Of a stretch of DNA of 44,909 bases, positions 31,252 to 41,539 are shown in pieces. The stretch lies in assembly GCA_963728595.1 (NCBI GenBank), contig CAVSLF010000002.1:1-44909 (forward strand). Reading direction: 5' to 3'. Both the position numbers and the translations under genes were made by a program. Below the pieces are notes generated by a model. It did not search any database. It had not been told where the DNA came from and worked only from the letters and a program-made list of their open reading frames with translations. Positions within the stretch are counted from its first letter, which is position 1. Each line of letters begins with the position of its first letter. Source of the stretch: an uncultured Nitrososphaeraceae archaeon. GTDB lineage: Archaea; Thermoproteota; Nitrososphaeria; Nitrososphaerales; Nitrososphaeraceae.

Positions 31252-31656
31252 TTAGTGCGTCAGGCAATCATATGTACTTGGTATTAGTCTTTCAACTTCA
31301 TTTATCAATTCAGGAATAGTAATAGGTTTTTGCAATATCTTATCAACACACTTACACTCTTCAAAAAGTTTGTCGTCTATATCAAAAGCACTGATTAGAA
31401 TTGTCTTAACTGAGGAATTGATTGCTTTTACTTTTTTTAATAATTCAATTCCATCCATTGTTGGCATCCGGTAATCACTTATAATCAAACTATAGTCTAA
31501 CTGATGTAGCTTGAAATGCTCCAATGCCAAGGTAGAATCTATGAACCCAAATACACTAGTATCTTCTATTTCGGATAAAGCATCCGAAAACAGTGACATT
31601 ATGTCATGTTCATCGTCTACTACACTCATTAATTTGGTGTTATTGGTCATTATCAA
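31252..31656 (-). CDS. Stand-alone response-regulator receiver (CheY-like)
   Basis: VVDDE, ISDYRMPTMDG, ISAF and LQKP motifs. Confidence 0.92.
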   Translation of the reverse strand: MIMTNNTKLMSVVDDEHDIMSLFSDALSEIEDTSVFGFIDSTLALEHFKLHQLDYSLIISDYRMPTMDGIELLKKVKAINSSVKTILISAFDIDDKLFEECKCVDKILQKPITIPELINEVERLIPSTYDCLTH

Positions 31657-31657
31657 A

Positions 31658-31981
31658 CTAACCTCCAGAAAAGGGAGCTATCAAAACCCCTCTCTGGAAT
31701 GTTGAATTTAGGACGTAAATAGTATACGTAATCATGATTAAAATAAGTTGAGGAGATAAGTAGTCTAAGAGAATCTTATCTTCTATGATATGACCGCCAC
31801 ATAGGTATTCCCAAGATTCTCTGTAAGAATAATTGCAATTTAGACATTTGATTATTTGGACTATGCTGGCATCAAAAATTGAGGGATATGACGTTAATGA
31901 CTTGTATTTGTAGCCACATTTAGTGCAATAATAATTTGAGAATGATACACGTTGAGGTTTAACTTCAATTTGAAAACTCAT
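31658..31981 (-). CDS. Zn-finger hypothetical protein (3' end uncertain)
   Basis: YCTKCG...KCLNCN pairs. Confidence 0.5.
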   Translation of the reverse strand: MSFQIEVKPQRVSFSNYYCTKCGYKYKSLTSYPSIFDASIVQIIKCLNCNYSYRESWEYLCGGHIIEDKILLDYLSPQLILIMITYTIYVLNSTFQRGVLIAPFSGG

Positions 31982-32210
31982 TTAAGATTTTTTTTCCACA
32001 TGTGTTATTACGCTTAAGCAAAAGTTTTCAAAACAACTATACTAGTAGATATATAGAGTACGGCTGTGAGACAGAAATTTTAGCGAATCTAAATCACATC
32101 AAATAACTTTAGAGCAACTAGGGCTGGAACTATTACAATTACTATAACCGAAATTAGGTCTCTTGATTGCTATTTTTCTCAATTCATATCACTCCGTCCA
32201 ATACATTGAA

Positions 32211-33231
32211 CTAATCCCCTTTCTTAAATATACTGAAGTGGTCTTCATTCTTAACATCTAAATTATCATGAAATGTTGATGTCAGATTATGTCCATCATC
32301 GGTTACATCAACATTGACAAAACCATGACGTTCGAACTGCTCTACAACGAACGGCTTTTGGTCATTAAAACTGTATAGGTCTTCACCGGCTGTTCCAACA
32401 GTCAGAAATATGGGACCTTTCTCATTTTTGTAGTCCGTAGTGTCATTATCTGTAATTACGGGGTTAGAGGGCATAATCTGATTGTATGAGAGTGGATATG
32501 TTCTCTGGTAGTTATGATTGTGACCATGTAACACAATGTCCACTCCATACTTCTCAAACAATGGATGATAGATATCCTGCAGTTTATCTAAGCCTGGATG
32601 AGTTGTATTGGAAGAATATAGAGGTCTAAATGTATCTACAATTATCCAATTTATCTCCCTATTCCTGTGAGCTTTTTTGAGGTCACTTTTTACAAAATCG
32701 TATTGCTCTGAATCATTCAAGTAAGGAACCACCGAATTCTTAGCTGTCGCCATCACCAAGAAATGGACATTCTGATAATCAAATGAGTAATATGGTTTGG
32801 TCAGATTAAAGTGCTGTAAGTAGTTATTATATTTAGTAAGGTTACTGTCTATGTCATGTTCTCCAAACGCTATTTTGAGTTTACCGGGGATATCTAAAGG
32901 AGTGCACTGTACCGAACCAACAAGCTGCATATTTTTGGTAAGAAAGGTCTCCTGTTAAGATGACGAGTTCAGGGTTCTTCGCTTTTATGTTGTTCACTGT
33001 TCTTTTAGCTTCATCACCACATCCAAAATCACCAGCGGTTGCAAAATTAAAGTCAGGATAGTCATCCTCGTCATCATTATCGTAAGGACCTGCATTTTCC
33101 TCTTCTTCAGGCTCAGCAAAAGCCATGTCTTGAGCAAACGCAGGTTTCACAATATCATAATTCATGACGGGCAGTATTGACACTAAGATGAAAACCAACA
33201 ATATGCGGAATATGAATGGCAAAATATTCAA
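32211..33231 (-). CDS. Secreted calcineurin-like metallophosphoesterase (purple acid phosphatase-like); +1 frameshift at ~32905
   Basis: AGDFG, TGDLSY, GEHD and GHNHNYQR motifs across ORFs 32881..33231 and 32211..32930. Confidence 0.88.
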
Positions 33232-33291
33232 CGACCTTATCCATGTATATCCCCATATTTATTTCAGAATAAAATTTTCAGTAAAAGCTCA

Positions 33292-33323
33292 TGGATAAGT
33301 GGATAAGTGGATAAGTGGATAAA
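33292..33323. repeat. Four tandem copies of TGGATAAG, with an inverted copy at ~33236-33243
   Basis: tggataag tggataag tggataag tggataaa upstream of the phosphoesterase gene. Confidence 0.85.
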
Positions 33324-34149
33324 GACCAGACAGGGAGAAACTATAGAAAAACCCTCGTCAATAATTAAAATATTAATTTCTTCATAAATAATGCTGTAGT
33401 CGTTCGTATGCCGCGTTGGTTTGTTAGAAAAATAATAAAACGCTACATTGGCAGGACGGATATCCTGTCACATTGCAACAATTGATTAATTTAGATAATG
33501 TCAACCTGGTGAAGAGTTATTATCCCATTATCGTCTATCATTCTCTTAATCTGTGGCAATAAAGGTTCAAGTTTGTTCTGTTCGTCAATAACTTCTATAA
33601 TCATAGGCATGTTATACATTGACGGAGTTAGCCGATACTTGTTTATATTTATATACGTCTTGTTCGGCTTACATGTAAGTGTCTGCTTTAGTATCTACTA
33701 CGTAAGATAGGGTTTTTTTGACGAAGGGTAGCACTTGCTGTATTCTACCGACAATTTATCCATGTTTCATGTCCTCGTGCTACTCTTAGACGCCCAACAT
33801 AGTGGATTGTAAACAGCGCTGGAGAGATAAACAAGTGGTAAGGAAAAAAAATGAAATAAAAATAGTACGGGAGGGCGAAATTAATTACACTTTCCTAGAT
33901 ACAGACTCAGTTAATATTAAGCAAGAGTCGGAAGACGATAATGTAAATAAATTAAGTTCCAACATTGAAAAAGACATTATTAAGACACGCTCTATAGATT
34001 CAAAAAAATCGAAAGTTCGACGCAAGAACAGAATAACAGGTGGACACAATCAACAAGGTCATTCCTCGGTGTATGAATAAACTATGGTGGGGGTTATTGT
34101 TTGAGTGTTGCGCTTTAAGAAATTAACTTAAATATAGTCACAGCAACGT

Positions 34150-35371
34150 CTAATCAGCTGCAGCTACAACTTGTCCTTTACTATACTCTCTCTTTAGCCA
34201 TATTGGAGTGATTAATGTGGTTATTGCAACCATTATGATTATTGTAGTGTAGATATTAGGCGACAGAGCCCCAGAAGTTACACCGATGCCAGCTACTATT
34301 AGACCCACTTCGCCTCTTGAAATCATACCTATACCTACTTTCATTGCTTTTGATTTGTTCCTCAAATACAACATTGCGGGTAATCCACACCCTATCAATT
34401 TAGTAAAAATGGCAACAGCAATTACAATTGAGGATAGTAGTAGCACATTCAGATTGATACCAGTAAGGTTTACCTGAGCTCCGATAATTGCGAAAAACAA
34501 AGGAGCAAATATTATCTCTAATTTATCGACATATTCTTCAACTCGTCGGATTATCTTAGTACTTGCGACTGCCATTCCAACAGCAAAGGCTCCTACTATC
34601 GGAGACAATCCCACTGCCGCAGCAATTCCTGATGCACCAAAGAATGACGCAGTAACGATACCTTCAATACTGCCTCTCGACTTCCATAGTCTTTCTGCGT
34701 GTAATATTTTTGGTACAATGAAAATTGCTCCAATAAGCAAAGGCAGCGAATATTCCCAATATCTTCAGTATTAGGAACGTAATATCAACAAGATTAGGTG
34801 TCATATTGCCTGTTTGTACCATGGTAGTAACTACTGAGAGAACAGCAATTGCGAGTATATCATCTACTATGGCTGCTCCCAAAATTAATTTAGCCTCTTT
34901 TGTTTGCATCTTGCCTAATTCAGTTAATACTCGAACCGATATCGCAATACTAGTTGCAGTAAGTGCTGTGGCCACGAGGACAGATTGCAATGCACCTACT
35001 CCAAAAGCTGTGAATGCGTAATAACCGACAAAAAATGGAACAATGACTCCACATGCACCTACCGTAAACGATGCAGCACCTCCTTTCAAGAACTCTCTTG
35101 GTGTAATCTCAAGACCAGCTATGAACAAAATAACTATGCCAGAAATTTCACCTATCTGCCGGACTGTTTCATCTAATATAACAAGTGGTTTCCCATCGAA
35201 AATTGGTAATGAACCCAATGCGAAAGGTCCTAGGATTATTCCAGCTAGTAGTTCACCCAAAACAGCCGGGAGTTTTAACTTATTGAAGAGTTCAGCGAAT
35301 ATTTTCGCAGCAAAAAGTAGTATTGCAAGTGAGATTAATACATGGATGAATGCTTCTTGCTCTACTGCCAA
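34150..35371 (-). CDS. CPA2-family cation:proton antiporter (NapA/KefB-like); +1 frameshift at ~34740
   Basis: PAVLGELLAGIILGP, LFIAGLE, TATSIAIS, AAIVDD, GAFAVG, MISRGEV. Confidence 0.92.
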
Positions 35372-35458
35372 TCCTTATTTCACATGCATACTACAATATA
35401 TGTATAAAATATCACATTAGTTATAGGAGCCAACCTCCTTGGGATTAATTTTTCCACC

Positions 35459-36076
35459 TCATTGTGGAGATGATGAGGCAAGCTGAGCGCTACCAAACAA
35501 TACTGTAAAGGCTTTACACCAAATAAGAACAGTGTTGTATTTAGTAAAGTCAGTTCCAGCGGGTATAGGATAATTTTGATTTCCAATGTTGCCCTTAAGT
35601 CGACCCAAATTAACAGTATCAGAGGCACTTTTGTCTGTGGCTAGATAAACGTAAAGGTCTGGACCGTTTGTAGCTTTGAAATTTTCCAACCTTAGTATAG
35701 AGGTTCCATCATCTAAAGCAATAACTTTGGCAACACCCTCGGCGTTGTGTATACCATCATTTACCCCTACAAAATTTCCGGACACATTTGTCCTAGTTTT
35801 TCCTGCGACTTCGCTACCGACGTCGTTCACAGTGCTATTTTCTTTAGCGGCCATTATCATTATAGAATCTTTTTCTTGCTGACTCATGTTGGATGCTGCC
35901 TGAATTCTACCGTCTTCGGTCAAATTCATAAACCTCTGAAATTCAGCGTTTGCCAAAGGAGGGAGAGGCTCATTTACTTCAGTGCTTATGAATAGAGGTG
36001 AAACTGTGTAAACCGCTAGAGGTATTACAATAATCGCAATTACTACTCCAATAATGATTTTTGTTCTTGTCATCAT
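35459..36076 (-). CDS. DM13 domain protein, membrane-anchored
   Basis: HNAEG..LRLENF..NGPDLYVYL..LGRLKGNIGNQNY..VLIWCKAF.VLFGSA. Confidence 0.92.
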   Translation of the reverse strand: MMTRTKIIIGVVIAIIVIPLAVYTVSPLFISTEVNEPLPPLANAEFQRFMNLTEDGRIQAASNMSQQEKDSIMIMAAKENSTVNDVGSEVAGKTRTNVSGNFVGVNDGIHNAEGVAKVIALDDGTSILRLENFKATNGPDLYVYLATDKSASDTVNLGRLKGNIGNQNYPIPAGTDFTKYNTVLIWCKAFTVLFGSAQLASSSPQ

Positions 36077-36426
36077 ATCAATTTGAAACCTCCTGCTGAC
36101 TTAAGAAATTGCACACCAACTTGAGTTCGAGTCGCTTAATATTCTGGCGTATATTTGATAATTCTAAGTACATCAATTAATCCTATTGCTAGAAGCACTA
36201 TTCATTCTTTTATATGAAATTGAGAGCAGTATTACTCACTCAAACTTCGTTATATATTTAATTATAATGCGTTCGCAAATTAATGACCGTTTGAAATTAC
36301 TATTCAGTTATGGTATTAACCGACTTGTTCTCTGCAAAATTTAATTGAATAAAATTGTCAGAAGAGTTTACGGCAATAATTAAAAAACAAGTAGATTGAC
36401 TGTACTTCAACTAAGCGAGGTAGAAA

Positions 36427-38308
36427 GTGACTAATAGTCCACCACCATATTCCAGAATAATAAGAGGAATAAGAAACATTAGACATAACAAGTGGAATTA
36501 CCTTGACTTTAGTTACTTTAGAAAGTGGATTCTAATTGGATTTGTCCTAGGTGTAGTGGCAGGTTTGGGTTCAATAGCCCTATATTTGTCGGTAGCCTTT
36601 TTTACCAGTCTGCTCCTCGTATCTGGGACTGGATATATACCACCACTCCCCGGAAGTTTTCATCCTGAATCAAATTACGTATTAGATATTGGGAAGACAT
36701 GGATGATTCCAGTAATTGCCGGACTAGGAGGTCTTATAGTGGGGATAATTACGACCAAATTCTCTCCAGAATCCGAAGGACATGGAACAGATGCTGTGAT
36801 AGATGCATACCATCATAAAGGTGGTAAGATTAGAGCTAGAGTGCCCCTTGTCAAGGGCATTGTGTCATCGATTACATTAGGAAGTGGAGGTAGTGGAGGA
36901 ACAGAAGGACCTGCAGGACAAATTGCTGCAGGTTTTGGGTCTATTATCGGCAAATTATTCAAACTGGATGAAGATGAAAGAAGAATTGCAGTTGCTGCAG
37001 GGCTTGGCGCCGGGATAGGAAGTATATTCAAAGTACCATTAGGGGGAGCTATATTTAGCGCAGAAGTTTTTTACAGAAGGGATTTTGAAATACGGGCTCT
37101 AATTCCTGGATTGGTAGCTTCCGTAACTGGATATACAATATTTGGCTTCGTATTTGGATGGGATAGGCTTTTCAATATTCCGTTTGATTTGGTAAAGTAC
37201 ACACGTCCTGAATCATTAGCCCTGTATGCACTAGTTGGCCTAATATCCGCTGGTGTTAGCGTTGCATACGTTAAGACCTTCTATGCCGTCACAGATTACT
37301 TCAGTAAACTTCGTATTCGAAAGTTCTTGAAACCTACTATTGGTGGAGTTCTAGTAGGAATAATTGGAATGTTCCTTCCACAAATACTGGGAACCTCCTA
37401 TGGATGGTTGCAAATTGCAATATACAAAGACTACACGCTATTGCCACTATATTTGATTGGTCTTGTAATAATCTTCAAGATTATAGCCACATCACTAACA
37501 ATAGGTTCTGGAGGAAGTGCAGGTGTTTTTGGTCCTTCTATGGTGATAGGAGGTCTGTTGGGAGCATTCATTGGTACTGTTGTCCACAGCTTAGGCCTAT
37601 TTCTGTGGGTCGATGTATCATCCGTAATAATAGTCTCGATGGTATCTTTTTTTGGCGCTACAGCAAAAACACCTATATCCTCAATAATTATGGGAAGTGA
37701 ACTGACAGGAGGTTATGCCCTCTTGGCTCCGATGATGCTCGCAACTTTTGTTGCTTATATAATGTCAGGGCAACATAGCTCGATATTTCGAAACCAGGTA
37801 CTAAATAGGTCTGATTCGCCTGCTCACAAGAGGGAGTATCAGCGTCCAATCCTCAGAGATTTGTATGTAAAGGATATATTTAGAAAATCACTCACGAAAC
37901 TATCTCCGAACAATTCCATCGACGAAGCCCTCCAGTATATGAATCGTGACAAAACCAAGACTGCTCGCTGTAGTCAACGAAAATGATAGGCTGCTGGGAG
38001 TTGTGAATAGACACAAGTTTTTTGAAATCCCAGAAGAGTATCGTAAGACAGTCAAACTGGACAGTGTTATGATAAAAGACCCATTCTTTGTTTACATGAC
38101 AGACTCCCTTCATAATGCCCTTGTTAGACTCTCGTCTAATGACCTACAAGAAATGCCAGTCTTGTCCAATGATGACGACAAAGTAATTGGAATCGTTACA
38201 ATTTCAGACCTAGTAAAACTCTATGACAATGAGGTCCAAAAGATAGTGAAAGTTAGAAAAGATAGCGGTTCTATGAAATCGGAATCGTCTGACTCTAATC
38301 CCAAGTAA
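36427..38308 (+). CDS. ClC-family chloride channel/transporter with C-terminal CBS pair; +1 frameshift at ~37953
   Basis: GHGTD, GTEGP (gating Glu), GSAGVFGP; the CBS domains continue in ORF 37946..38308. Confidence 0.92.
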
Positions 38309-38583
38309 AATCCAAAGAAAATGTAGTTAGGAGCCCGGCTACTCGTAATAGTCACGTAATGGGATGCCACGGACATAGGGATTTACGGGAATCTCCAAAT
38401 CAACGTTTTGAATAGGTGTTGGTCCAGCTCAAAATAATTCCTATCAGAGAAGCAACTTCAACGAAGCTAGAATTACTGCCAAAATTGCTACTATAATTAT
38501 TATTTCTAAATATTTGTTCATCCAATTAAAACCATTCTTTTCTGTAATCTATCTCTATGCCCTTAAGACACAGAGTGAATCAC

Positions 38584-38619
38584 AGATTGTAATAGTTTAA
38601 CACTCTTGAACTGATTTAC
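38584..38619 (+). repeat. 36-bp direct repeat, copy 2
   Basis: 33/36 identical to 30916-30951. Confidence 0.8.
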
Positions 38620-38762
38620 AATTCTCGATTTCTTCCCGTCTCTTTCCGAAGTCTAATCTTTAATTATTGTATTGTATTGCTATTAGCGACGAACTTAAGT
38701 CCTGACGGGACCTTATCTTTCTTCAGAATGCAGTACGTTATTTTACACAGTTTAACCCGTTT

Positions 38763-39080
38763 TCATCTTTGTTTTCTGACTAGTATATTATTATCTTGAA
38801 TCTTCACTTCATATGATGAAACTGCTTGCCTTGCAGGAGGCTTTGTCGGTTCACCAGTCCTAACATCAAATTTGGAACCATGCCAAGGACATTGAACTTC
38901 AAATCCTTCGATTGTTCCTTCATTTAAGGGTCCACCCATATGGGTACAGACATTTCCAATTGCATAATAACTTCCTTCGATATTAATGATACAAACTTTT
39001 TCGCCTGCTACATCAACTGCTTTCATACTTGAAGGTCCAATGTCTTTTGACTCAGCTACCTTAACAAAATCTTCACTCAA
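38763..39080 (-). CDS. Rieske [2Fe-2S] ferredoxin
   Basis: CTH...CPWHGSKFDVRTG. Confidence 0.95.
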   Translation of the reverse strand: MSEDFVKVAESKDIGPSSMKAVDVAGEKVCIINIEGSYYAIGNVCTHMGGPLNEGTIEGFEVQCPWHGSKFDVRTGEPTKPPARQAVSSYEVKIQDNNILVRKQR

Positions 39081-39183
39081 TTCTGACGCCTCACGTTTTA
39101 GGTACAGACCCCGAGCGCTATATCTTTTCTGCCTTACAAATTAGATAATTTAACTTCTTAGCTGTGGCTGAAATCCTGGAGCT

Positions 39184-39573
39184 CTATTGAAGTTCACTGT
39201 TTGAAATGTTTGCAGTAACTACACTTGCATCAATGTTGGGAAAATATTTCACTTTATGCTGTGATGTTACCATCAAAGAGTATTTATGTTTAAACTGTTC
39301 AATGTCAGTGTCTTTACCAATAAATATGATAGGTACTATCGCGTCGTTTGATTCGACCTTGCTTAAATGCAGCCTCAAAGTTTCTATATCCCTACTTGCA
39401 GCAAGATTGACATATTGTTTATGGGCAGCATCGAGTAACTCGTAAAACCTGCCATCCACAGTAACATTTTCATGCTTTTCAGGATAGAAGTTATATGCAA
39501 GAAAAAAACTGATTACTCCACCAACTGCGAGTATCAATATAGCAGGTATTGCAAGTCTTCCATTGTCTACCAT
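39184..39573 (-). CDS. Membrane-anchored hypothetical protein (possibly truncated)
   Basis: N-terminal TM helix followed by a soluble region. Confidence 0.55.
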   Translation of the reverse strand: MVDNGRLAIPAILILAVGGVISFFLAYNFYPEKHENVTVDGRFYELLDAAHKQYVNLAASRDIETLRLHLSKVESNDAIVPIIFIGKDTDIEQFKHKYSLMVTSQHKVKYFPNIDASVVTANISNSELQ

Positions 39574-39697
39574 GACTAATGCTGAACAGGCACTATGGAA
39601 TGGGAAGAGGGTAATATTTTTTTCAATCTGCCGCGGCGCATGAGGCCAGCATAAGTCGTCTCACACATGTACTCTTCATTTTCTGTAGGACAGCTAT

Positions 39698-39859
39698 CTA
39701 TTCTGGTCTACCTGATTTTGTGAGGTCTTCTACTTTAAGACTACTTCCACAATTACGACATGCGTATGTTCTTGTACTTTCCTCAGTTTCGGAAACAATT
39801 ACTGTGTTAGGACTCAGTTCAGTTTCACAATTGGGACATTTGGCTGACACAGTCATCAT
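39698..39859 (-). CDS. 53-aa Zn-ribbon protein (not in ORF track)
   Basis: MMTVSAKCPNCETELSPNTVIVSETEESTRTYACRNCGSSLKVEDLTKSGRPE*. Confidence 0.7.
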   Translation of the reverse strand: MMTVSAKCPNCETELSPNTVIVSETEESTRTYACRNCGSSLKVEDLTKSGRPE

Positions 39860-39950
39860 TAGTTAATACCAAATAAGTATTCACTGCTCCTGAACAAAAA
39901 ACGCTCACGTACAGCAAATTAATAAATAGCTATTCACTTCTCATGAAGTT

Positions 39951-40158
39951 ATGACAACAAAATTGTTAACGTCGTTTGCCGTCATTGCAGTTGCAAGTGG
40001 CTCTTAGCGCTGCCTTCATTAGTTCGACATACGCACAACAGAATCAATCCGGTTCTACCAACAATACCAATATGTCAGAGTTTCCAACTAGGACCACACC
40101 AGGTAATATTACGAATACAACTGCTTCAAAGAATATAACTCTCACGCCCGCAAAATAG
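39951..40158 (+). CDS. Small secreted N/T-rich protein; +1 frameshift at ~39995
   Basis: Corrected MTTKLLTSFAVIAVAVALSAAFISSTYAQQNQSGSTNNTN... Confidence 0.6.
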
Positions 40159-40268
40159 TTAGGTAATTCTGAAATCGGCGGACTATTACGAAAAGTCCAA
40201 GGATTAATTTAATCGCCAATTCTCTCACATTTAATGAGTGAACCACTGGTGCGAGAGGGAGTGGTAAA

Positions 40269-40431
40269 TCAACCTAAGCCAACGCATGTGGAACAAGTCG
40301 CATTTGCAGTTCCACTACACATTGAGCATGTCCTATAACTTCCGCTATCAGGTAATTGACCAATTCCTTTGCATTTCGGACACTTGACTTTTCCAACACC
40401 ATTATAAATTAGGACATTTTTCCTTGGACAT
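40269..40431 (-). CDS. DnaJ-type CxxCxGxG Zn-finger mini-protein (frameshifted, possibly degenerate)
   Basis: CPN(Y)NGVG-KVK-CPKCKGIG...CSMCSGTA-NAT-CSTCVGLG*. Confidence 0.55.
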
Positions 40432-40563
40432 CAAATTTACTCGAGTAATCCCGATGGGACAAATGATTCTCAAGTCGTTACAGGCAGAAAACGATTCCTA
40501 AAACAATAATACCTAGTTCTCTGTGCTGGCTTGACAACTGTAGCGGTCTGTGTTAATCGATTA

Positions 40564-40935
40564 TCAAATTTGGCGCATAAGGTCAGCATAAGAAGTACGT
40601 TGTCTCACAGAAGTACTGTTAGCTGTTGATGGCCCTGGAGTGTGATTTGTCTCTTGGGGTAGATAAGAAATACTAGTATCATCTTTTGGGCCTGAATACA
40701 ATTTACTAATTTCTTGCTGATACCCAGTAGATGTCTTTTGTTCGTACTCGGGACATCTTTTGCGTAAAAAGTTTCTCACAATTAGTCTGAGTAGTGTGGA
40801 TGGTTTGGCTTGGTGGATATGTCCTTCCTCATAATACCTCTTTACCATTTCTTGCATGTAACGATTATCTCTTTCAGACACCTTAGTCGAAAGTACTCTT
40901 GTTCTCTTTACTCGCTTAGGTATAGTAGTAGACAT
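40564..40935 (-). CDS. RHH-like DNA-binding protein, copy B
   Basis: Paralogue of 14211..14537 (MSTTIPKRVKRTRVLSTKVSERDNRYMQEMVKRYYEEGHIHQAK). Confidence 0.75.
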   Translation of the reverse strand: MSTTIPKRVKRTRVLSTKVSERDNRYMQEMVKRYYEEGHIHQAKPSTLLRLIVRNFLRKRCPEYEQKTSTGYQQEISKLYSGPKDDTSISYLPQETNHTPGPSTANSTSVRQRTSYADLMRQI

Positions 40936-41352
40936 AACAATTGATTCTCATGTGTCGTAAATAAAGTATACCGCCAAGGTCTACTTCGGGTAACGTAAAC
41001 TGTTGCAGGTGAACGTCTACTTAGAGTGGATAACAAGTAGACCAGTTCTAGTAACTATGCACTATCAAAGCCAATATGATAATACTGTTAAACAAAGATG
41101 TCAGGATTGTTGTATACTAAAATCGGATACATTCCCATTACTTTGCGTTATATTATAAGGATAACTTGAATTGTAGACCTGCCAAATTTAAGTTTGCTTG
41201 GACAAGTTTATAGCAGCTAATCTGCTAAAGAGATACCTTAACCATTTTAGCCAATACATGATTGTATCACAGTACTGAAGTTAATGGTGAAAACGAAGTA
41301 TACGTAGCCACGTGCAACTCCAGCAAATATAAAGTTAGTCCAGATTGTAGAC
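40597..41352 (-). repeat. Copy B (inverted) of the GTCTAC/GTATAC array + RHH module
   Basis: Reverse complement aligns to 13755-14545, with all nine hexamer motifs retained. Confidence 0.92.
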
Positions 41353-41539
41353 TTAAACTGTCATTTACTAGTAATATAAGAGATTGACTGCACCTCTAGA
41401 CAGTTTGCAATCGGATAAATAATTCAGTTCATGAATATTACTAGAGATTGGTTTATTTTTATCAAAGTTTCACACTGTTGTATATGCTCAAGCAGAAACA
41501 GACCTAAATTACAGTCATCAGCCTATACGCATTATTATC

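Noticed and set aside
33802..34080. 92-aa K/N-rich ORF
   Set aside because: No recognisable motif, GTG start and A-rich composition; cannot be supported as a gene
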